From NCBI RefSeq assembly GCF_001194135.2, contig NC_068985.1:82523122-82587121 (forward strand): a stretch of 64,000 nt of DNA. Direction: 5' to 3'. Positions 53,576 to 64,000 of this stretch are shown piece after piece. This stretch comes from Octopus bimaculoides (taxonomy: Eukaryota). The notes beneath the pieces are model-generated. The model saw only the letters and a program-made list of their open reading frames with translations, was not told the DNA's origin and searched no databases. A program made the translations under genes and the position numbers. Each line of letters opens with the position of its first letter. The stretch's first letter is position 1.

Positions 53576-54657
53576 TACATGCACATAGGCATATCTAAAA
53601 CATATGTTTCAACATGTGCTGACACATCTGTTTTCCATACACAATAGTACATACAGATTTCCACTTGCATAGCTGTACATATAACGCTTGTTTTACACAC
53701 AGTTATATACACAGATACATATGTGTCACTGTTAAATGAAATATGATGTCATTTATGAATTATTGAAAAAATAATTTCAAAATCATCTAGAAATGAGAAT
53801 ATAAATAGCCTAAATTTGAAGTGAAATGGTAAATAAGAGAAATGGCTCATAGATTAAAAAAATTTAACTGAAAATTCTTTCAACTTTGAAATTGCTCTGT
53901 ATATGTGTGACTGTGTGAGAGTGTTTGCGTGAGATGTGTGTTTGTGTGTGTATATATATGTAATGGATGTGTATTTTTTGAGGACAAATAATATACAGTG
54001 AAATTATGTGATTTGTTTTATTCATTTTGCATGTGGCATCTACTATAATGCCAAACCAACCAAAGTCTCGTAAGAGGATTTGGTAAATGGAAACTGAAAG
54101 ACCATTTTATACGTCTATCTATTTGTCTGTCTGTCTATATATATATATATCTGTCTACAGACACACAAAGACACATTCGTGTGTGTATTACCTGCTCTTG
54201 GCATGGAGCACAAATTGTGACCAAACATTACCCTCATATGAACAGTGTTATTTATTTGCAATCTACCATGAAAACATACACAACCAATAAGCTGTCCATG
54301 TTTGAAAGACCAAGGGATGACAAGAATAATTTCTGTCAAATGTCATCTGAACCTTGCAGGCTTGGAAATATTGATGTTAAAATGATAATGTAGATATATT
54401 TATAATAAAGACTCATACATATATGTATAAATATTGTTTGCATATGTCTATGTATATACATGTATGTGTACATGGGCATGGTGATACAAATAGGTAAAAT
54501 AGAACTCAAAATATGAGTATATATGTTTTTATTAATATTTAGCAGAAGCAACAGAGTAACTCAAGGGCTGAGAGTTTTGTACATTGGCACTTATCAAACT
54601 TATCAATTGTGTGTGTGTGTGTTTATATCTATACACACATACAGACTATACTCAGTT

Positions 54658-54707
<50 letters not shown>

Positions 54708-55924
54708 CATGCATGCATGCATATGTCACCACCATCACTGGTGTAATGACCATGTTTCCATGCATGCATGGGTTTGATGGAATTTGTTGAAGCAAATTTT
54801 TTTAAAGCCAGATGCCCTTCCTGTTACTAGCCCTCATCTGATTCCGAGTAAGGTAATAATTCCCTGAGATCAGACATGTTTCCACCATATTCTGAAGACA
54901 GACACCACTTGTATTACAGTGACACTTATTTATAACAAGTGTATCATGTCAAGGTAAGGAGATGTTAACACACTTGTGCATGCACACACACACACATTTA
55001 GCAGTAATCTGTGCCAAGCAGTGTTAGGTATAAATGAACTTTAGATTAACTGAAATATGTTTGTAGCATATTGGCAAATTCACTGCTGTCACTATGGAGA
55101 AAAGTTTGTTCATATGGTAAATGGTATACAAACACCATATCTACCCAGTGTTGCCCTCTATCAGATTTCTAGATGCAGTATTTCTAGCTTTATAGCCATT
55201 ATCAATGAGAAATACTGAATAGTGGTAACTCTAGGCAAATTTAAAGCTGTAGTTTTAACTTTATAATGCAGTCAACAACACTGACTAAGGTACACTATTG
55301 GACCATCAGGCCAGGAGAAATTCAGCCGTATCAGCACCATGCTTAGACCTAAACACTGCTTGACTCTGAACACTAGCAATGCTCTTTTTCAGTTTCGTCT
55401 GGGACGATTTTTTTATATCTACTCCTACTACAATCAGCTGTATCAACTACAGTGATATCTTGCTCGCCATACTTATGTTCACACACATACAGAGACATTT
55501 CATATACATATATTATAGACATACTGTCTTAGAGCATTTGATGACATCATCAATGGAACTGTCAAAATATGTAAAACTTTCCATAATTTTAACATAAATA
55601 CATTTGTTCATGTCCAGTCAATGAACTATATGTATGCCACACATACATAAAACAAAACACACAGATTTGCACAGATGCTGATGCTAAATACTTGCATATA
55701 TACACATACATGCACAAGTGTCATGTTCATGTTGTTAAAATTCGAATGAATTATGTGTCACTTATATCTATAGTTCATTGACTAGACACGTGCACATGTA
55801 TTTATGTGTTAAAATTTTGGAAATTTTTACATGTTTACGCAGTTCTGTTGATGATGTCATCAGATGCTCAAAGACAGTGTATAGGTCTATATATCATCAT
55901 CATCATCATCATATGTCTGTCTTT

Positions 55925-56200
55925 CATGCATGCATGAGTAGGATGGTTGACAGGAGCCAGTCAGGTAGAAAACTACCCTAAACTACTGTGTCTGTTTTGG
56001 CAGGGTTTTTTTCTGGCTGGATGCCCTTCCTAACACCAACCACTCTGCAGAATGGACTCAGTGCTTTTTATGCGGCACTAGTACTGGTGGGGTTAGTTTT
56101 GGCATGATTTTTACAGCTGGATGCCCTTCTAAATGCCAACCCCTTTGCAGTGTCGACTGGATGCTTTTTACATGGCACCAGCACTGGTAGGGTCAGCTAG
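55925..56200 (-). mobile_element. RTE-type retroposon 3' tail with internal duplication
   Basis: Two consecutive copies of cagctggatgcccttc(c)taa(c/t)gccaacc...gctttttacatggcac. Confidence 0.75.
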
Positions 56201-56369
56201 TAACTCGCAAGACAAGGAATTATGAAAGGGGCAGGGGCACTTGAGGAGGGCAACTTGTGTCAGAGGAAGAAAGGTTAGAGTGTGACTGAGAAAAAGACAG
56301 AAATAGGTGTCTTACTATAGAAGAAGTATATATATATATATAAATATATCTCCTATATATATATATATA

Positions 56370-56571
56370 TAAAATTAATCAAAGGACATACTAGGTATGT
56401 CTACCTGCTGGAAATAACAGTCAAAACTCTTATTTAAATCACTGAAAAGAACACTAATAATAACTACAGAAATCAACCGTCTGCGAGCAAACGGGCCAAG
56501 ACAATCTTTTGACATGCTACAAGTATTTAGACTCATGTGGACATACTTAGTATGTCCTTTGATTAATTTTA
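56370..56571. repeat. MITE-like element with ~35-bp TIRs that are themselves palindromic
   Basis: aaaattaatcaaaggacatactaggtatgtctac vs gtggacatacttagtatgtcctttgattaatttt: 2 mismatches. Confidence 0.75.
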
Positions 56572-56729
56572 ATCCATCAGCTAGTTAATACTTCTTTGGA
56601 GCCTGCAATCACCTATATTATTGATTCTGTTAGTATCATTTTTAGTTGTTACACAAGATAACAGAGTTGATAATATCTTTGCACAAATATTTTTCCTCTG
56701 GGTTATTTGCTCCGTATTGAAATTATATA

Positions 56730-56846
56730 TATCATCATCATCATCGTTTAACGTCCGCTTTCCATGCTAGCATGGGTTGGACGATTTGCCTGAGGACTGG
56801 TGAAACCGGATGGCAACACCAGGCACCAATCTAATTTGGCAGAGTT
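56730..56846 (-). mobile_element. RTE-type retroposon 3' tail fragment
   Basis: (CAT)n cgtttaacgtccgctttccatgctagcatgggttggacgatttg. Confidence 0.85.
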
Positions 56847-56886
<40 letters not shown>

Positions 56887-56929
56887 AGAGAGAGAGTGTG
56901 TGTAAGTGCCCAAGAGAAAAGTTAGACAT

Positions 56930-57720
56930 AAGAAACATCAGATGTGGTGTGCAAGGGAGATGACTGCGCTGGTGTAGTCATGTGTTACGTATGGATGAGG
57001 ACAGCTGTATGAGAAAGTGTCACACCCTGGCAGTAGAGGGAACCTGTGGAAAAGGTGACCCAGGAAGACCTGGGATGAGGTGGTGAAGCACAACCCTCGA
57101 ATGTTGGGCCTCACAGAGGTGATGACAAGTGACCAAGACCTTTGGAGATATGCTGTGCTTGAGAGTACCCGGCAAGTCAAGTGAGATTGAATTTGTGGTC
57201 TATGCCAGTGCAGCATAACCAGCCCATTTAAGAGTACCCTTCAATCATTGGGCAATAAGCTGTGCTTGCGAAGATCTGTTGAGTCAAGTGAAGTCATTGA
57301 TGTGGCCAGTGCCAGTGCCAGTACCGCCTGACTAGCATCCGTACCGGTGGCATGTAAAAAGTACCATTCAAGCATGGCAGTTGCCAGTGCTGCCTGACTG
57401 GCTCCACTGCCAGTGGCCTGTAAAAAGCACAATTCAAGCATGGTCGTGGCCAGTGCCACCTGACTGACTCCTGTTCCAGTGGCACGTAAAAAGCACCATT
57501 CAAGTGTGGTCGATGCCAGTACCACCTGACTGGCCCTCGTGCTGGTGGCACATAAAAAGCACCCACTACACTCTCAGTGTGGTTGGTGCTAGGAAGGCAT
57601 CCAGCTGTAGAAACCTTGCTGGATCAGATTGGAGTTTGGTGCAGCCTTCTGGCTTGCCAGTCCTCAGTCAAACCATCCAACCCATGCCAGCACGGAAAAC
57701 AGACTTTAAATGATGATGAT
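56930..57720 (+). mobile_element. RTE-clade LINE 3' end: ORF2 C-terminus, 66-nt x4 tandem repeat 3' UTR, (ATG)n tail
   Basis: IRCGVQGR*LRWCSHVLRMDEDSCMRKCHTLAVEGTCG ... RKTWDEVVKHNPRMLGLTEVMTSDQDLWRYAVLE matches the RTE terminal LRWxGHVxRM...GRPRKTW..DR..WR pattern. Confidence 0.9.
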
Positions 57721-58176
57721 AATACGCACACACAAATATATGTATGAAATGTCTCTGCATGTGTGTAAACATAAATATGGAAAGTAAAACATCACTGAAC
57801 TTGACACAGCCTATTGTAGGAGCAGATGTGAAAAATCATCCCAGATGAAACTGAAAAAGAACATTGCTAGTGTTCAGTATCTGTGGATTAGTTTTAATCA
57901 TTTGAATTAAAATTGCCATTCCAATAGTCTATTTCTGAAAAGCTGACCAATGCCATTCAGCAATAATAAGTTGTCTGTCACATTTTACAGAGCTTGAACT
58001 ATAAGACTGTGGTAGAATATTCAACGCTTACTATGTAATTAGATTTTCAACTCACTATCCTACCCTGTGCTACTTCACTTGTTATCCATCTTTAATCCAT
58101 TAATGATGATTTTCACCCATACTTTCCACCCACCGTCCTCCAAGATCAGTTTATGAATTTTCATGTTCTCCTTCAT

Positions 58177-58420
58177 TCAGGAAGTTGACGGCTGTCCTGA
58201 ACAAGGATGGTCTTCTAGCAACAAGTAACTATTCTTAAAGCATGGAAACCATTTGTATACTTGTGTTTTGCTCATTGCAGCTTCCTTGTAAGCTGTTTGA
58301 AGCATGACAGCTGTTTTGGCTACCGCTTTCCCCAACAAAAAACAGAATTTCATGAAAGCATGCTGTTCCTTTGTTTCAACCATCTCAAAAATTGACAAAT
58401 GGGTGAAGCACTGTAAAACA
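58177..58420 (-). mobile_element. Mariner transposase N-terminal (HTH) fragment
   Basis: EQHAFMKFCFLLGKAVAKTAVMLQTAYKEAAMSKTQVYKWFPCFKNSYLLLEDHPCSGQPSTS. Confidence 0.88.
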
Positions 58421-58584
58421 AAGACACACCATGTACCAGTACAACCTCACTCAAAGATGCCAATCTGCAGACTGATGCCTGAGGATCACATCAAGTGGCT
58501 TCTAGCACTGGAAGCCTGAACTACAACAGGTTTGTCCTACAGGGAACGTTTCTGGTTAATTTTGGGTATTCCCTCATATAGGTG

Positions 58585-58733
58585 CAGGTGTAGCAAGAAG
58601 TTTGCTTCACAGTCTCATGGTTCTGGGTTCAGTCCCACTACATGGCACCTTGCACATGTCTTCTAGTAAAGCCTCAGGTTGACCAAAGCCTTGCAAGTGG
58701 ATTTGGTAGATGGAAACTGAAAGAAGCCTGTCA
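58585..58733 (+). mobile_element. Family A SINE head
   Basis: ggttctgggttcagtcccactacatggcacctt...ggaaactgaaagaagcctgtc. Confidence 0.85.
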
Positions 58734-58897
58734 TATATNNNNNNNNNNNNNNNNNNNNNNNNNNNNNNNNNNNNNNNNNNNNNNNNNNNNNNNNNNNNNN
58801 NNNNNNNNNNNTATATATATATAGTTTACTGTTCTCTTAAGGTAGGATCAACAAAAAAAAAGTACTCCATCCAGTAAGAGATAAATATTGTTTGATG

Positions 58898-59236
58898 TAT
58901 ACTGTATTAAAATAAGAACTACTAATAGTTACTTGCCATTGAGACGTGGTTGGGCAGATTTTTATAATGTGCCTTGTGTCTCCAAGCAGTCCTGAGGCTC
59001 TGGGCACATGGCTTGCTCTATTTGAAAAACATGATACTGACACATGGAAAACCACGAGGTAAAAATACTTTTTCTCATGGTTTTTAATGCTCCTGCATCC
59101 TAATTTTCAAACAGATCAAACCATGTGCCCAGGGTATGAAAATTGCTTGGAGACACAATGCACATTATAAAACTCTGCCTAACCATGTGTATGAGTGGCC
59201 AGAAACTATTAGTGGCTCTTATTTTTCTATAGTATA
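58898..59236. mobile_element. Old palindromic MITE, TA-flanked (Tc1/mariner-pogo type likely)
   Basis: TA-ctgtattaaaataaga...tcttatttttctatag-TA. Arms align along almost the whole length (e.g. ataatgtgccttgtgtctccaagca / tgcttggagacacaatgcacattat). Confidence 0.75.
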
Positions 59237-59974
59237 TATGAAATGATGTGTGTGTGTCTTTGTGTCTGTGTTTTCCCACCACAATTGGTGCTGGTGTGTT
59301 TACATATCCATGACTTAGCAGTTCTGCAAAAGATACTGATAGAATAAGTATCAGGCTTAAAGTAAAAAGAAAGTAATGTATGGGTTCAATTCATTTGACT
59401 AAAATTCTTCAAGGTGGTGCTCCAGTCTTATGACTGAAAAGAAAAGTTGTGTGTGTGAACATGCATGCATGTAAGCCTCTACACTGCTGGTCAACCTGCT
59501 AGAAATAGAAACAAAATCTTTCTGAAGTCACACTTTAGTGTCTTAAAAAAAAAGAAGAGAGAAACATCAAATAATGTACCCATAGATGCAATGTCTGTAA
59601 ATGAGATCAGATGCTCATGGAAGAAGTGCTTTTGGCTATAGATCTACTTGATCAAAACTGACCCGGTGTCAAATAACAGCAACAGCTTTAGTCACTCATT
59701 CATAGAACGACAAAGAGAATTAACGGAATGGCTGATTGAAATGATACCATTAAAAAATAGACAAAAAAGAAAATCATATTTTATAACTCATAAATAAGAA
59801 ATATTGTGTTTAATATATAGTTACACCATACATTCATTACCTATATTTTCATTTTCCTTCTTTAATTCGGCCTTTTTACTTTTATTCAAACTTTTGTTTC
59901 CTTTTGCTCTAAGCATTTATGGATATTTCCCTTCTACCCTCCACCTTCATCCTCATCCTATGACTCTTTATATT

Positions 59975-60048
59975 ATTTGTCACACACACACACACACGTA
60001 TGTATATGTATATATATGTATTTATATGTATGTATGTATATATGTATG

Positions 60049-60137
<89 letters not shown>

Positions 60138-60388
60138 GTATGTATATATATATATGTGTGTGTATGTATGTATATATATATGTATGTATATATGTATGTG
60201 TATGTATGTATATATATATGTGTGTGTATGTATGTATATATATATGTATGTATATATGTATGTGTATGTATGTATATATATATGTGTGTATGTATGTATG
60301 TATATATATATTTATGTATATATGTATGTATATATTTGTATGGATTTATGAATATGTATGCATGTATATATATGCATGTATATATATG

Positions 60389-60452
<64 letters not shown>

Positions 60453-60480
60453 TGTATGTATATATGTGTGTGTGTGTAAA
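59975..60480. repeat. Large compound (TA)n/(TATG)n microsatellite
   Basis: Direct reading; source of the YIYI/VCMY ORFs. Confidence 0.97.
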
Positions 60481-61061
60481 AGATATGTAATCATTAAAAT
60501 GCCAATATCTTTCACAGCACAATTGTATATAAAGATAATTGTGGCTATATGTGTAAATTCATACATACACATCAGTAGACTCTCACACATTCTTTGACAA
60601 TAAGGTGGTGCTAAATATATTTCTATATCCTCAATATATATGTGTGTGTGTGTGTGTGTGTGGTTTCTGTGTGTATTAATGATTTATATATATATAAATA
60701 TATATAAAACACTTATGTATGCAAACATGTCTGTGCATATACTTAACTGTAGGTACTGACAGAACATGCCTTTATATTGATTCACTAATCATTACTCAGA
60801 GTCTCTCTGCGTTTTTCTTCCTATATTTTTATATTTCTTAAAGTTCTATCACAGCTTAATAGGAAAAAGAAGCATGCACCATTCTTCCATTGCCCTAAAT
60901 TTTTCTTTGATGATATTTCTGTCATGGAAAAATATTGAATGTCCCATTTACAGAAAAGCAAACAATATATATATATATATANNNNNNNNNNNNNNNNNNN
61001 NNNNNNNNNNNNNNNNNNNNNNNNNNNNNNNNNNNNNNNNNNNNNNNNNNNNNNNNNNNNN

Positions 61062-61092
<31 letters not shown>

Positions 61093-61914
61093 CTCTCACT
61101 CACACACACACATATATGTATATACACACACTCACACACACACATATATATATGTATATAGACACTCACATACATACATACATACATATACATAATGTGT
61201 GTGTGCATTGCTGAGATATCACCTTGTGAATTTTTTGCTATGCAATCATATCGACCCCAGTACTTACTTTTTCAAATCCAATATGTAATTTAATGATTTC
61301 TATTTATCAGACTGCTAAGTTGTAGTCTGTAAACACAAATGCCATTTTTCAGGCAGTAACAAATGTAAATATAAACTTATAGAACAACACACTCACATAT
61401 ATATTGGGCTTCTACATGCTTGCTGCTTCCCAAATCCACTTACAAGTTGACAATGGTTGGTCTGAGTTACCCTAAGTGCCACATTTTGTGAGTGAACCTG
61501 ACTCAAACATGGTTGTAGAGGGAATTTCTTAACTACATTGTCTTACTTGTGGATAGATCCAGTGTAATGCAAAAATGGTTAATTTAAGAGAAAAAATTTG
61601 GTTTCTGCATCAAGTTGGTTAATATTCAAAGAAGTATCATGAAAACAACACAAACAAAGGAAGGAAGAACAGACATATAAAGTTGATATATTAGTTTCAC
61701 ACTGGAAGAAAAAAAAAGAAATAGAATAGGAATGTTTTACATTTAAGACTATTTGTCTATCATCAGAGACAAGAAATAAAAAGAGTGAAGAAGAATGTGA
61801 ATACATGGGGAAATGATACATAAATGGGGAGGTGACAAAAGGTGTACTTGTTGAAGAGAACAATAGTCATGGAGGCAAGGTATGACCTACAGTTTTTATG
61901 TGTGCCATTATATG

Positions 61915-62105
61915 AATGTGTGAAGGTGGTGAAATGCTTAGCAACCTTTCATCTGTCTTCATGTCATAAATTCAAATTCTATCAAGGTCAACTTTGCTTT
62001 TCATCCTATCAAGGTCAATTAAATAAGTACCAGTTGAACACTGGGTTCTTTGTAATCAACTTATCCCTTCTCTAAAATTGCTGGACTTGTGCCAAATATT
62101 GAAGC
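61915..62105 (+). mobile_element. Family B SINE, diverged
   Basis: aaatgcttagcaacctttc...aaattcaaattctatcaaggtcaactttgcttttcatcc...aaataagtaccagttgaacactggg. Confidence 0.7.
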
Positions 62106-62724
62106 CAATATATGAATGTGTCTATGGGTTTTAATGTGTGTGTATGTTGTCTGTTTGGATGCAACATGGCTATGAAATGTTTGTTTGGCAATTAGAAAGG
62201 CTGAAGGTTGATCCCACTGCCTAGCATCATGCACAAGTGCCTTTCACCATTAACAGAGATCAATCCAGGTTTAGTGAATCAAACTGAATAGATAGCAACT
62301 ATGTGGAAGCCTTTTGGTTGTATTGTACCTATAATTCAGAGGTTTAGCCTTATCACACACTAAGTCACTCTGATTCTGTCTGAGAATTACATTAATTGTA
62401 TGTATGTCTGTGAAAAATTCAGCTACGTATTTACTGATTCAGTGAGGACACAATTCTATTGATCAAATGTCTGAACCTTCAGCGTCAAAACCAATGGAGA
62501 TCCATTATTATGTTATGTTTGTACTTAGTAGGCATGATTGTACTTAGTAGGCATGTGTGTATAACTGACATTGAAATTATGATGATGATATATGTGTGTG
62601 TATGTATGCATGTGTGTGTGTACATATATATTATAACATTTTCCTGTTACCAGAATAAATGATGGTCTTTGGTTGCCAATATTGTCCATCTTTTGAATAT
62701 GGTCAATCCAGTGTAGCTGATATC

Positions 62725-62870
62725 TTTTTTCTTTTTGCAGTCATTTGACTGCAGCCATGCTGAAGCACTGCCTTTAGTCGAACAAATTGATCCCAGGACT
62801 TATTCTGTCAGTCTCTTTTGCCGAACTGCTAAGTTACGGGGACATAAACACACCAGCATCGGTTGTCAAC
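62725..62870 (-). mobile_element. Family A SINE 3' module, truncated where the R4-like fragment begins
   Basis: gtcatttgactgcagccatgctgaagcactgcc...aagttacggggacataaacacaccagcatcggttgtcaa. Confidence 0.85.
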
Positions 62871-63385
62871 CAATAGTGTTAATTCTAGGCTATCTACTAA
62901 AATCTTAACCTTTTCACTTATTACCTTTCCTATTTACATGTTTCTGATGTCCCGGTTTTTTGATATGCTATATTGCTGCAGTAGGTTCGCAAAGATTATC
63001 TTGGTTATCTCATTGTGTCTCTCTTTATATTTCGTGTGTGCTATTTTTTCACATTGTATTGCTATATGTTCGATATTTCCTTTGTTTTTTTTACAATATC
63101 TGTATGCCTTTTTTCTTCCATAGTAGTTGTTCCTGTCTTGTAAATACTGTATAATATTTTTATCTACCAATGAGTATTTGCTTTGTTTTATAAATTTCAA
63201 TGAGTCTCCTTTTGATACTGCTTCTTCATACAGGTGTTTAAAGTATTCACCGTGTATTTCTTTGTGTGATTGTTCCTTAATTATTGTTTCTCCTTCGTAT
63301 TTTTTTGTATTCATTGACATTATTGATATTATTTTTTATGCATTCTTTTTTTATTTCCATAATATCGTAACCCGTATAATATAAT
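62871..63385 (-). mobile_element. R4/Dong-like (RLE-type) non-LTR retrotransposon fragment, post-RT zinc-knuckle region
   Basis: 128-aa open frame: KEIHGEYFK, YLQDRN, YRYCKKNKGNIEHIAIQC (CCHC knuckle with first Cys to Tyr), KYKERHNEITKII (RH[D/N] motif), then EKVKILVD after a stop. Confidence 0.8.
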
Positions 63386-63464
63386 AATAAAAATAATTTC
63401 ACCTATGGTGAAATTTAGCATGGCGGAATATCCCATGGTAGAATATACCAGTAACTGTGTGTAT

Positions 63465-63529
<65 letters not shown>

Positions 63530-63580
63530 TTATTTGTATGTATATATGTATTTACAAATTATATATATGTGCGTGTGTGC

Positions 63581-63622
<42 letters not shown>

Positions 63623-63624
63623 TT

Positions 63625-63841
63625 ATTCTTTTACTTGTTTCAGTCATTTGACTGTGGCCATGCTGGTGCAGTGTCTTAAAAAGGTTATAATTAAAGAAAT
63701 CAACCCCAGGATTTATTCTTTGTAAGCCTAGTACTTATTCTATCGGTCTGTTTTGCCAAACTCCTAAGTTACAGGGACCTAAACAAACCAGCATTGGTTG
63801 TCAAGCAGTGGTGAAGGGGACAAGCACAGACATACACATGA

Positions 63842-63877
<36 letters not shown>

Positions 63878-63960
63878 TCTCAGTTTCTGTCTACCAAATC
63901 CACTCACAAAGCTTTGGTTGGCCGAGGCGAAGACCTTTGCCCAAGGTGCCATGCAGTCAC
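63625..63960 (-). mobile_element. Family A SINE
   Basis: ttttacttgtttcagtcatttgactgtggccatgctgg...ggttgtcaagcagtgg, microsatellite, ctcagtttctgtctaccaaatccactcac...gcccaaggtgccatgc. Confidence 0.88.
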
Positions 63961-64000
63961 AAGCATAGCTGGCGGGGGAGGGGGGTAGTAGGGATGGTCC

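Noticed and set aside
57300-57570. CRISPR-like regularly spaced repeats
   Set aside because: The whole 66-nt unit is repeated with no unique spacers; it lies in a LINE 3' UTR in eukaryotic DNA with no cas genes.

Overview
AT-rich, repeat-dense metazoan DNA with about 15 N-gaps, most flanked by (TA)n/(CA)n. The SINE families and microsatellite load look like an octopus draft assembly (inferred from recalled repeat families, not verified). I could not identify any host protein-coding gene; the window reads as a large intron or intergenic region, and nearly all ORF-track entries are microsatellite or gap artefacts. Supported content: four decayed mariner (DD34D) elements, one Tc1-like remnant, RTE-clade LINE 3' fragments, one R4/Dong-like retrotransposon fragment, a probable hAT remnant, many tRNA-derived SINEs, and a 58-nt copy of the exact 5' end of 18S rRNA upstream of, and co-oriented with, a truncated RTE. 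The most striking unexplained signal is a series of unrelated long inverted repeats: 162-bp arms at 28.9-29.3 kb, ~145-bp arms with a 6-nt loop at 33.5-33.8 kb, a perfect 59-bp pair at 38.8 kb, MITE-like palindromes at 56.4 and 58.9 kb, a five-hairpin CpG-rich cassette at 11.9-12.2 kb, and a tail-to-tail retroposon pair at 5.4-5.8 kb. All would form dsRNA if transcribed. Coordinates of degenerate repeats are approximate.
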